Source: an uncultured Clostridia bacterium
GTDB lineage: Bacteria > Bacillota > Clostridia > Christensenellales > UBA1242
Direction of reading: 5' to 3'
DNA length: 64,000 nucleotides
Assembly (NCBI GenBank): GCA_937895935.1
Contig: CALBKX010000015.1
Span: 31,079 to 95,078, forward strand
Every line of letters begins with the position of its first letter. The stretch's first letter is position 1. The notes under the pieces were generated by a model. That model was not told the origin of the DNA, made no database searches, and saw only the letters and a program-made list of their open reading frames with translations. Of the stretch, positions 46,183 through 54,363 are shown piece after piece. The translations under genes and the position numbers were made by a program.

Positions 46183-47390
46183 GTAAATTTTATACTATTA
46201 TAAAAAAAGAGAAAAATAAATATAATTTTATCGAAAAAAAAGATAATAAAAAATATAATAAGAAAGGGGAAATTACAAGTGTATCGGGTGGAATGTATGG
46301 AAATGATATTATGAAAGGAATACGATTTTCTAATATAGAATCTTGTTGCGATTTCTTTGCTCCTGAGTTATATAATTCTCCTACTTACCCATATTATCCA
46401 GATTACTATTTAAAGTTTAGAGATTCTTGTCTCGCCTTTCCAGAAATTGTAGATGAAAATAGCTTAATAATGGATACCAGTAAAGTCAAAGATTTTAGAC
46501 GTTTTATGTGTAATAATAGTCTTAAATTAAGGATTTTTACTCCAAAAATTGATTATTCTTCCGCCGAAAATATGACTAGAGCTTTTTATTGCTTAAAAGC
46601 ATTGGAGACAATACATGACATCAATTCAGAGAAATGTGTTAATTTTAATGGGGCTTTTCTAGGTTGTGAAAAACTAAAAACAGTTAATATTGATACTTCT
46701 TCGGCGAAATATTTTAGTCAAATGTTTGATGGATGCTTGGAAATTGATAATTTGAATTTAAAAACTGATAATGTTATAAATTTTAATAGAACTTTTGAAG
46801 ACTGTAAAAAATTAAAAAATATTAATTTATCTAGTTTTTCTAAGGGCATGGATTTTAAAAATATGTTTCGGAATTGTGAATCTTTAAAAGAAATTAATTT
46901 CCGAAATGAAATATCTACTGATGAACATTATCTCGGTTATGAGTCTTTTGACGGTATGTTTCGTTATTGTTCTTCTTTGGAAACAATTGAGGGATTAGAT
47001 TTTGGCGGCAGCTACACATACCCAGACCACACGATTGAAGTTTATTACAATTGTTTTACTGGATGTAATAGTTTAATTAATTTAGATATAAAAAATATAA
47101 AGTTTAGTTTAGATTTACATTGGAGTAGTAAACTTTCTGAAGATTCTATCTTAAAAGTGTCTAAAGAATTGCACTCTATTCCAGAATCCTATAAAAGTTT
47201 TAGTAGAACAATTTTTTTTAATGATAACGATAGAATTAAAAATTATTTAAATAACACATATTGTAAAATTTTAGATTCACAAGATAAAAAGAAACCAATA
47301 GAAATTGTAGATAAGTCAACCGAAAATGCTATTTCGTTATTTGATTATATTACTAAAAGGAAAAGATGGACATTAGAATTTGAACAATAG
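46179..47390 (+). CDS. BspA/DUF285-type LRR protein, paralog 4
   Basis: Consecutive units AFLGCEKLKTVNI / MFDGCLEIDNLNL / TFEDCKKLKNINL / MFRNCESLKEINF / FRYCSSLETIEGL. C-terminal NTYCKILDSQDKKKPIEIVDKSTENAISLFDYI. Confidence 0.6.
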   Translation: MSKFYTIIKKEKNKYNFIEKKDNKKYNKKGEITSVSGGMYGNDIMKGIRFSNIESCCDFFAPELYNSPTYPYYPDYYLKFRDSCLAFPEIVDENSLIMDTSKVKDFRRFMCNNSLKLRIFTPKIDYSSAENMTRAFYCLKALETIHDINSEKCVNFNGAFLGCEKLKTVNIDTSSAKYFSQMFDGCLEIDNLNLKTDNVINFNRTFEDCKKLKNINLSSFSKGMDFKNMFRNCESLKEINFRNEISTDEHYLGYESFDGMFRYCSSLETIEGLDFGGSYTYPDHTIEVYYNCFTGCNSLINLDIKNIKFSLDLHWSSKLSEDSILKVSKELHSIPESYKSFSRTIFFNDNDRIKNYLNNTYCKILDSQDKKKPIEIVDKSTENAISLFDYITKRKRWTLEFEQ

Positions 47391-47403
47391 TTAAAAACAA
47401 CAA

Positions 47404-47434
47404 AGAGCAGCCTAATTGACTGCTCTCTTTTTTT
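47404..47434 (+). terminator. Rho-independent terminator ending the structural/LRR operon
   Basis: Hairpin agagcag/ctgctct followed by cttttttt. Confidence 0.7.
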
Positions 47435-47444
47435 ATGCTATAAT
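47416..47444 (+). promoter_or_regulatory. Sigma-A type promoter (TTGACT-17-TGcTATAAT); the -35 is inside the terminator hairpin
   Basis: ttgactgctctctttttttatgctataattgatttatagaaaa. Confidence 0.6.
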
Positions 47445-47476
47445 TGATTTATAGAAAATGGAAAGGAGGAATAAAA

Positions 47477-47683
47477 ATGGAGTTGAAACCATGTTCTTTT
47501 TGTGGGAATTTAAGTATGTTTTTACAAAGAGACAAATTCGCAAAATGTGATGTGTATTACATTAAATGCTATAATTGCGGAGCATGCGACCCTAAACTTG
47601 AAAGTTCATGGGAATGTGGCTTTGGCTATGAACGTGATGAAGCAGAAGAGTTTGTAAGCAAGAGATGGAATGAACGACATTGA
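47477..47683 (+). CDS. Lar-family (restriction alleviation-like) zinc-ribbon protein
   Basis: MELKPCSFCG...IKCYNCGA...EAEEFVSKRWNER matches the Lar family pattern (LKPCPFCG...C..C....A...WN.R). Start revised to ATG 47477. Confidence 0.5.
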   Translation: MELKPCSFCGNLSMFLQRDKFAKCDVYYIKCYNCGACDPKLESSWECGFGYERDEAEEFVSKRWNERH

Positions 47684-47715
47684 CTAATTTTATGAGAAAA
47701 AAACGAGGGAGTAAA

Positions 47716-48798
47716 ATGAAACTAACAGAAGAACAATTATTACCAATTAACGCAAAAGAAAAGAAAATTCTTGTTCTAAGTGCTGCAGGTGCTAGTAAAA
47801 CTACTGTATTAATCAATAGAATAGGACATTTATTAGATATTGGAGTAGAACCCTCTTCTATTGTAGCAATTACTTTTACTAGAATGGCGGCAGATGAAAT
47901 GCGGCAAAGATTAGGAACAAAAAGCAATGGCATGTTTGTTGGGACAATTCATAGCTATGCGAACTATATTTGTCGATTAAATAAAATTTCTAATTATGAA
48001 GAAATTACAGAAGAACAATTTGAAATGATTTTAAAGAAAGCAATATCTATTCCACAAGAAAACTATCCTAAAGTAGGGCATTTATTAATTGATGAATTTC
48101 AAGATACCTCTGATTTACAATATAGTTTAGTAGAAAAAATTCCAGCAGAGAACTTTTTTGTTGTTGGAGATGACCGCCAAGTTATTTATAGTTGGCGAAA
48201 TTGTTCCGCCAAATATATTAATGATTTATATTTTGACCCTTATTGTAAGAAATATTACCTAAAGAACAATTATCGTAGCGGCAGACCAATCATCAATTTT
48301 GCCGAAAAGCTATTAAAAGGTGATGAATACAATTCTCCACATGGTGAGCCAATTAAAAAGAAAGGTTATGTAAGTGAATGTTCTTTTTTTGATGCTTTGG
48401 AAGAAATGGAGAATTATGGCAATTGGGGAGATTGGGCAATACTCTGCCGTTGGAATAAACAAATTGCTGATATTGCTGAAAAATTAGAAAAAAAGAAAAT
48501 TCCTTTTGTTTCTTTTAAAAAGGGAGATTTAACTTTAGAAGAGCTGAATGAAAGAATGGCAGACAATTCTGTTAAGCTGCTTTCTGGGCATTCTAGCAAA
48601 GGGTTGTCTTTTCCTCATGTAATTGCTGTTGGCGGCGTATTAACTTCACCAGAAGAAAGAAGAGTATCCTATGTAATGGCTACAAGAGCAGAGCAATCTT
48701 TATACTGGTGTCCAAAATATAAAATTAGTAATAAATTGACTAATCATCAAATGGAAGATATAATTAGTAGGAAGAAAAACAAAATTATTAGTTTCTAA
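47716..48798 (+). CDS. Compact UvrD/Rep-like superfamily 1 helicase
   Basis: LSAAGASKTT (P-loop variant), ITFTRMAADEMRQRL, LLIDEFQDTS, VVGDDRQVIYSWR, YRSGRPI, VMATRAEQSLY. Confidence 0.65.
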   Translation: MKLTEEQLLPINAKEKKILVLSAAGASKTTVLINRIGHLLDIGVEPSSIVAITFTRMAADEMRQRLGTKSNGMFVGTIHSYANYICRLNKISNYEEITEEQFEMILKKAISIPQENYPKVGHLLIDEFQDTSDLQYSLVEKIPAENFFVVGDDRQVIYSWRNCSAKYINDLYFDPYCKKYYLKNNYRSGRPIINFAEKLLKGDEYNSPHGEPIKKKGYVSECSFFDALEEMENYGNWGDWAILCRWNKQIADIAEKLEKKKIPFVSFKKGDLTLEELNERMADNSVKLLSGHSSKGLSFPHVIAVGGVLTSPEERRVSYVMATRAEQSLYWCPKYKISNKLTNHQMEDIISRKKNKIISF

Positions 48799-48809
48799 AA
48801 GGAGAAAAA

Positions 48810-49319
48810 ATGGAATCTATTACTATTTTTAAATCTGATAAAACTCATAAGTTAAAGGTCGAAGGAAATAATATTTTAGAAATTACTATTTCAAAAGACT
48901 TTGATAAGTTGCTAAAAAAATATAGTAAAGCTTTATGTAAAGTAATGAGCTTACCCGTGGATGATATTAAATTGTCTTTTTTGGTAAGAAGAGCAAAAGA
49001 AATCTTAAAGCTAAAAGAATCAGAAAAAATCTACGTTTCCGCCCAAGTGCCGCTTATTCAGCATGAACAAATTATTGAAATGGCGGGGCAATTCGTTATT
49101 TTTCAAGATGCTGTAGAACTATTATCTACCATTAGTGTGTGGGATAAAGAAAATGAAGAAGCAATTATAGATGGTATTGAAGAATATTACAGAGACGACA
49201 AAGAAAAAGATTTAAAAATTCGCTTTTTTGAAAAAGAATTGTTTGGAGTTGCCGGAGTCCTATATTGTGATAACATGTTCTTTTTCTTTGGTATTTATGA
49301 GGAGGTGGATTATGAATGA
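48810..49319 (+). CDS. Hypothetical protein (169 aa)
   Basis: ORF with RBS AAGGAG. Confidence 0.4.
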   Translation: MESITIFKSDKTHKLKVEGNNILEITISKDFDKLLKKYSKALCKVMSLPVDDIKLSFLVRRAKEILKLKESEKIYVSAQVPLIQHEQIIEMAGQFVIFQDAVELLSTISVWDKENEEAIIDGIEEYYRDDKEKDLKIRFFEKELFGVAGVLYCDNMFFFFGIYEEVDYE

Positions 49320-49807
49320 TGTATATTACAGGTGGACAATTCACCGATACAATAAACAAAGATATTGATTTTTTAATTAATAAGTGGAATAATATTGTAA
49401 AAGAAAATGATACCGTATTATATGTGGGAGATTTTGTTTATTCAAACGAAACTGATTTAAGAAATACCATTGAGCAGTTAAATGGTAAAATTTGTATTTT
49501 ACAGCAGAATAACGGTGAAGCAGAAAAGGATAAACTATTAAGAAACGGTATTCATTCTGTGTTTAGAATTCCTTTTTATCTTGCTATTGAAGATACCGAT
49601 AGTAAAATAATTTTTAACTATACTCCAGAAAAAGATAAAATTGGAGATAATTATTATATTGTTTTTTCAAAAGAATCAAAAATTTATGATGCTGATACAC
49701 ATACTTTAAATTTGTATTGCGGTTTGTGGGATTATTCGCCCATTTCACTAGATATGTGTCCTACTATTCTACAAAATATGATTGACTTTGAAAAAATGGA
49801 GGGGTAA
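49316..49807 (+). CDS. Hypothetical protein (163 aa), weakly metallophosphoesterase-like
   Basis: The VLYVGDFVY segment resembles calcineurin-like motif II, but the other motifs are absent. Confidence 0.3.
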   Translation: MMYITGGQFTDTINKDIDFLINKWNNIVKENDTVLYVGDFVYSNETDLRNTIEQLNGKICILQQNNGEAEKDKLLRNGIHSVFRIPFYLAIEDTDSKIIFNYTPEKDKIGDNYYIVFSKESKIYDADTHTLNLYCGLWDYSPISLDMCPTILQNMIDFEKMEG

Positions 49808-49808
49808 A

Positions 49809-50399
49809 ATGGAAATTAGAGATATTGTTAATAATGAAAAAATTTATGGAATTGAAGAATCTTTTAGAGCTTCTAAGTTCCCAATGTCAACGGATGTTAA
49901 TGAATGTGATAAGAATTTTCGAGATAGACAAGTTAAGTTAGCTAATGCTCCTGCCGGCTCTGGACACGATTGTTTTTTAAAAGGCATTGTCGTTCAATTT
50001 GATTTAAGCTTTACAAATAAGGCTTGGGTTGAAGCAGAACGCTATCATTTTTTTGATATTATCTCAAGTCAATCGACAATGCATTGTTTACCGAAATTTG
50101 ACCTCTATAAGTCCTATTGCGAATACGTAGACGAGAGAATGATTGCTATTATGCGAGGATTGTTAAATAATTATAATAATAATAAAACAACTGAAAACAG
50201 ATTAAAATTACTCTATTCTAATCCTTGTGGTTTTATTTTAACAGCGAGAATTACCACAAATTATTTACAATTAAAGACTATTTATGCTCAGAGAAAGAAC
50301 CATACTCTTCCAGAATGGAGATTATTTTGTAAATGGATTGAACAATTACCTTATAGCAATTTGATTACAGGGGGAAAAAATGGAACAGATTTATCTTGA
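49809..50399 (+). CDS. Divergent ThyX-like (flavin-dependent thymidylate synthase family) protein lacking the canonical RHR motif
   Basis: GSGHDCFLKGIVVQFDL...AERYHFFDIISSQSTMH aligns with ThyX GH.S.LEH..F.F.I...SR....Q..RHR..S.S..S.RY. C-terminal TTNYLQLKTIYAQRKNHTLPEWRLF aligns with MN.REL.HF..LR....AQ.EIR. Start ATG 49809 after GGAGGGG. Confidence 0.45.
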   Translation: MEIRDIVNNEKIYGIEESFRASKFPMSTDVNECDKNFRDRQVKLANAPAGSGHDCFLKGIVVQFDLSFTNKAWVEAERYHFFDIISSQSTMHCLPKFDLYKSYCEYVDERMIAIMRGLLNNYNNNKTTENRLKLLYSNPCGFILTARITTNYLQLKTIYAQRKNHTLPEWRLFCKWIEQLPYSNLITGGKNGTDLS

Positions 50400-51540
50400 T
50401 TATGCCGCAACTCATCCATGTTTTACAGGAAAATTTTTAAAAATGTGTTATAAAGACATAGGCAACCCTTCTTCTACACACGAATCTGGATTAATTCTTA
50501 AAAGAAATTATGACCAAACGATAGAATATCTTAAAAAGAATTTGTTTGCTAATGACATTACTATTACTTCTGGAGCAACTGAATCTAATAATTTGGCGGC
50601 AAGAATTGGAATTGAATATTGTTTAGAAAAACCATATACAAATGGTATTGCTTATAGTAGCATTGAACATCCATCAGTAAGTAAAGCCATTGAAGGACAT
50701 TCAAAAGATGTTTTTTTATGGACGTATGAACTTGGATTGCGATATTTTTTTGGAAAAGGTTGGGAAGAAAGATTAAAAAATAAGTTAAAAGACTGTAATA
50801 TTGGCTTTCTTTCGGTTATGACAGTTAACAATGAAACTGGCATTCGTTTTCCTGTTGAAAAGATTTACAAGATTTGTAGAGAATTAGGTGTATTGTTTCA
50901 TACAGATGCTTCACAATCTTGGCTACAGGTAAATCTAAATCCTAATTATGATAGAGAAAATAATTTATATATGATAACTTATTCTGGACACAAAATTGGA
51001 GCGTCTATTGGTAGCGGAATTTTAGTCAATGGACAAAATCTTTGTCGAGTAGTTCCTTGTCTATTGTATGGCGGCGAACAGCAAGATTTACGCTCAGGAA
51101 CTTTAAATTATCCTACCTTAAGAGAATTGGACTATGCGATTTTGAATTATAAGCTTAAAAAGCATTATGACGTTAGCAATGGAGTAAGAGGATATAAAAA
51201 AGCTTTTGCAGACTTAATTAAACAATACTCTGGAGAAATTATTACTTATAAGGATTGCTATAATTACTCGCCATATATTTTAAGTTTTTATTTCAAAAAT
51301 TTTGATGGAGAATTTGTCCAAAAGTTTATGTCAAAGAATGGAATCTATCTTTCTGCTGGTTCTGCTTGTTCTAGAGGAAATAGACAAGGTTCTAAAACGA
51401 TTAAAGAACTGGGATATAATGAACAAATAGCAAAAAATGCTTTAAGAATTTCTTTTTCACCACATATGCTTGAAGAAGAACTTGCTTATGCTTATAAGCG
51501 TTTCAAAGAGGTGCTGATTGAATTAAATGAATTGTCCTAA
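50380..51540 (+). CDS. Cysteine desulfurase (class V aminotransferase; NifS/IscS/DndA-like)
   Basis: LDYAATHP, SGATESNN, HTDASQS, PLP lysine YSGHKIGA, active-site loop SAGSACS. Confidence 0.75.
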   Translation: MEQIYLDYAATHPCFTGKFLKMCYKDIGNPSSTHESGLILKRNYDQTIEYLKKNLFANDITITSGATESNNLAARIGIEYCLEKPYTNGIAYSSIEHPSVSKAIEGHSKDVFLWTYELGLRYFFGKGWEERLKNKLKDCNIGFLSVMTVNNETGIRFPVEKIYKICRELGVLFHTDASQSWLQVNLNPNYDRENNLYMITYSGHKIGASIGSGILVNGQNLCRVVPCLLYGGEQQDLRSGTLNYPTLRELDYAILNYKLKKHYDVSNGVRGYKKAFADLIKQYSGEIITYKDCYNYSPYILSFYFKNFDGEFVQKFMSKNGIYLSAGSACSRGNRQGSKTIKELGYNEQIAKNALRISFSPHMLEEELAYAYKRFKEVLIELNELS

Positions 51541-52516
51541 AAATAAGGAAATAGTTAAAGCTTTTTTAACAACAGAAGAAAAACTAAAAGATTATAAAAA
51601 CATCATGCTTACTACATCTGGCGGTGCGGATTCTGATATTATGCTTGATATGGTATATAGAAATTTGCCGCCAAATACTAATATTCATTATGTGTTTTTT
51701 GATACTGGACTTGAATTTCAAGCGTCAAAAGACCATTTAAAAGAACTTGAAAAAAAATATAATATTAAAATTGAAGTTGAAAAACCTTATAAGCCGATTC
51801 CAGTTTGTTGTAAAGAATATGGACAGCCATTTCTGTCTAAATTCATTAGTGATTACATTAGTCGTTTACAACGTCATGATTTTAAATGGGAAGACAGACC
51901 TTTTGAGGAACTTTACAAAGAATATCCACATTGTAAGTCTGCTTTAAAATGGTGGTGTAATTATCAGCCCGGCAGAAAAGATGGCTCTCAGTCTAAATTT
52001 GGAATCGGCTATTATCCTTATCTGAAAGAATATATGGTATTAAATCCTCCAACTTTTAAAATTTCAGATAAGTGCTGCCAATATTCTAAAAAAGAAGCAG
52101 CAAAGAATTATCATAAGAAATATAATATCGATTTAACTATGACAGGTGTTCGCAAAGCAGAAAAGGGGCAAAGAGCAGATGCTCATAAAAGCTGCTTTAG
52201 CCGCCATGACAAAGGTAAACCAGATGAATACAGACCGTTATTCTGGTTTAAAAAGCAAGATAAAATTGATTATGATGAATTCTTTGAAATTAAACACAAT
52301 CGATGTTATACTGTTTATGGAATGGATAGGACTGGCTGTGGCGGCTGTCCATTTGGTAAGGACTTTGAGGAAGAGCTTTTAATCATGGAGAAGTTTGAAC
52401 CTAAGCTAAAAAAAGCAGCTGAATACATTTTTAAGGATTCATATGAATATACCAGAAGATATAGAGAATTTAGAAAGAAAAGAACAGAGGAGGATAAAAA
52501 AAAGAATGAAGAATAA
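51527..52516 (+). CDS. PAPS-reductase-family PP-loop ATP pyrophosphatase with multiple Cys pairs (DndC/TtuA-like)
   Basis: PP-loop TTSGGADSD, TGVRKAEKGQRA, YRPLFWF...YGMDRTGCGGCPFG, plus CC pairs. Overlaps the desulfurase gene by 14 nt. Confidence 0.65.
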   Translation: MNCPKNKEIVKAFLTTEEKLKDYKNIMLTTSGGADSDIMLDMVYRNLPPNTNIHYVFFDTGLEFQASKDHLKELEKKYNIKIEVEKPYKPIPVCCKEYGQPFLSKFISDYISRLQRHDFKWEDRPFEELYKEYPHCKSALKWWCNYQPGRKDGSQSKFGIGYYPYLKEYMVLNPPTFKISDKCCQYSKKEAAKNYHKKYNIDLTMTGVRKAEKGQRADAHKSCFSRHDKGKPDEYRPLFWFKKQDKIDYDEFFEIKHNRCYTVYGMDRTGCGGCPFGKDFEEELLIMEKFEPKLKKAAEYIFKDSYEYTRRYREFRKKRTEEDKKKNEE

Positions 52517-52688
52517 TTATGTTGTAAAAAGAAGCAGATTAGGTTATACTGTTAAGGTAAGGTTAAGAACTAAGCAAGAAGTTGAGAGTTTAATTTCTTA
52601 TTTAACAAAGCCTTTGCTTAGCACTTATATAATTTCTTTTAGAAAGGAGACAGCACAATGTGGGGATTTATCTTACTTGGCGTTTTGA
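52506..52688 (+). CDS. Hypothetical small basic protein (60 aa)
   Basis: ATG 52506 overlaps the stop region of the previous gene. The tracked ORF start 52443 lies inside the previous gene. Confidence 0.35.
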   Translation: MKNNYVVKRSRLGYTVKVRLRTKQEVESLISYLTKPLLSTYIISFRKETAQCGDLSYLAF

Positions 52689-52732
52689 TTTACATCGCAA
52701 GTGAAGCAATTTTAACATTATTTTTTCATTAA
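52658..52732 (+). CDS. 24-aa hydrophobic peptide MWGFILLGVLIYIASEAILTLFFH
   Basis: AGGAG RBS 8 nt upstream of ATG 52658. Single TM-length hydrophobic stretch. Below the ORF track cutoff. Confidence 0.35.
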   Translation: MWGFILLGVLIYIASEAILTLFFH

Positions 52733-52746
52733 AAGGAGATTTGCGT

Positions 52747-53004
52747 ATGTTTAATAGAGTTATGCTTTTGGGAACACAAGATGTTAAGAAGTTTGTTGAT
52801 TTAGCTAATACAGTTAAGTCAGATGTAAGACTTATGAATCGTTCTAGAAATTATGTCGTTGATGGCAAATCTTATTTGGGCGTGCTATTGGCAGCAACTG
52901 AATGGAAAGATGATACATGGATTCAATGCGATGAAGATATTTATAGTCTTATGGAATATTTTATTGTAATTTGTGCTGATGATGCCGCCAATGTTCATGA
53001 GTAA
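52747..53004 (+). CDS. Second HPr/Crh-like fold protein, also without a His15 equivalent
   Basis: VVDGKSYLGVLLAATEWKDDTWIQCDED aligns with HPr V(N/D)(A/L)KS(I/L)(M/L)GV(M/L).L. Start ATG 52747 after AAGGAG. Confidence 0.45.
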   Translation: MFNRVMLLGTQDVKKFVDLANTVKSDVRLMNRSRNYVVDGKSYLGVLLAATEWKDDTWIQCDEDIYSLMEYFIVICADDAANVHE

Positions 53005-53016
53005 GGAGTGTTTAAT

Positions 53017-53316
53017 ATGAATAGAGATAATCTTAGAGAAAAGGCTAACAATATTACAAAGCAGCAATTTGATTTGTTAATTTCAATTATTGATGAAAGG
53101 TGTCTTGCTGCCGCTGACCGTGGTTATTATTATACAGATATTTATTTTAAAGACCATGTTTATTTTAAGACAGCTGTAGATGTATGGAGTGATGAAATCC
53201 TATTCAATAAGCTTATGAACTATTATGCTTTAACTACAAGCCTAATTTTAACTCCATTGAGCGATACAGGAGATTATTATACTGGGATTAGAGTAAACTG
53301 GGGGAAGGATTGGTAA
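53017..53316 (+). CDS. Hypothetical protein (99 aa)
   Basis: ORF with RBS AAGGAG. Confidence 0.4.
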   Translation: MNRDNLREKANNITKQQFDLLISIIDERCLAAADRGYYYTDIYFKDHVYFKTAVDVWSDEILFNKLMNYYALTTSLILTPLSDTGDYYTGIRVNWGKDW

Positions 53317-53468
53317 TGAAGGAAAAATTTAGAGATTCTTATGATGGACGGCAGCAAGAAGATTCTAAAAGAAGTAAGAGTAAGCGTTTGGCAAAGAGAA
53401 GCATTCACAAGAAATATAGAAGAAAGGTAAAGGAGAAGATTAATGAATACGATTGTTTTACAGACTAA
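53316..53468 (+). CDS. Hypothetical highly basic 50-aa protein
   Basis: ATG overlaps the previous stop (GGTAATG). MKEKFRDSYDGRQQEDSKRSKSKRLAKRSIHKKYRRKVKEKINEYDCFTD. Confidence 0.3.
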   Translation: MKEKFRDSYDGRQQEDSKRSKSKRLAKRSIHKKYRRKVKEKINEYDCFTD

Positions 53469-54300
53469 TTATACCAAAGATAAGACTTCAGATTATCTAA
53501 CAAGTATGGAAAACTTGATTGAAGATTTAAACAAGAAAGACAATCAAAGAATTGTAGTTGAGGGACAATTTTATAATAAGAAAAGCCGCAATCCAATTCT
53601 TAGTTATTTAAAAGATAACTCAAAAAGACTTTTGTATGATTATGAAACTGAATTAGTTTTTTATACTTCTGAAAATTTTTATACCTTAGAGCAACTAAAG
53701 ACGAACCATAACTTTAAAACTTTTTGCGTTCCTGATTTTGATGAAGTCGATAAGTTTGAATTCTATTTGCTTTTATCAGATATGCGTAATGTTTATCATT
53801 TCTATGATATTCCTCATGACAATCCACATCATAGAGTTGATGTAAGAACCCATGCTCTTTTGACACAAGATTTTGTTTTAAATTCTTTCACAAATTCAAA
53901 ATTTATGTCGCTTTATAACAAGTTTTTACTATTGGATGCTGCATATCTTCATGATATTGGAAAGCCTTTAACAAAAACCTTTTTAGATAAAAGGGGTAAT
54001 CGAACAGAAATTGCTCATTACTATAATCACGCAAATATTGGAGCAGTAATTTCTTTTGTTATTCCTTCTCCAGATAACATTTTAGATTATAAGGATATTG
54101 AAGCATTTCATAGATATAAATGGGAACGTGCTTGGTTAATTAATCATCATATGGATTTTTACAATTATCCAAAAGATTGGACTGATTCTCAAAGACTTAT
54201 TCGCTTTAAAGAAAAACATAAGGGGAATGATGCCTTAGTAGATTTACTTTGGAAGCTACATGAGGCGGATAAAAACTGTGAAAGTTTTATTGGAGATTAA
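53443..54300 (+). CDS. HD-domain phosphohydrolase
   Basis: HH...AYLHDIGKP...HYYNHANIGA HD signature. Confidence 0.6.
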   Translation: MNTIVLQTNYTKDKTSDYLTSMENLIEDLNKKDNQRIVVEGQFYNKKSRNPILSYLKDNSKRLLYDYETELVFYTSENFYTLEQLKTNHNFKTFCVPDFDEVDKFEFYLLLSDMRNVYHFYDIPHDNPHHRVDVRTHALLTQDFVLNSFTNSKFMSLYNKFLLLDAAYLHDIGKPLTKTFLDKRGNRTEIAHYYNHANIGAVISFVIPSPDNILDYKDIEAFHRYKWERAWLINHHMDFYNYPKDWTDSQRLIRFKEKHKGNDALVDLLWKLHEADKNCESFIGD

Positions 54301-54318
54301 AGTTTTATAACTACTTTT

Positions 54319-54355
54319 CTACTGTAGGGATTATATCTCTACAGTTTTTCTTTTT
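54319..54355 (+). terminator. Rho-independent terminator
   Basis: Hairpin ctgtag/ctacag followed by tttttcttttt. Confidence 0.6.
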
Positions 54356-54363
54356 ATCAGGAG

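Noticed and set aside
47592-47933. Minus-strand ORF 47592-47933, and similar ORFs at 48414-48599, 49165-49359, 50652-50843, 52885-53067 and 62116-62307
   Set aside because: They are antisense to plus-strand genes with recognised motifs (Lar-like, UvrD-like, desulfurase and others). The whole right arm is otherwise transcribed rightward from mapped promoter motifs.
51747-52382. Same-strand alternative-frame ORFs 51747-51947 and 52146-52382 inside the PAPS-reductase-family gene, and 43363-43551 inside LRR paralog 1
   Set aside because: They are out of frame within longer ORFs that carry the family motifs. No RBS.
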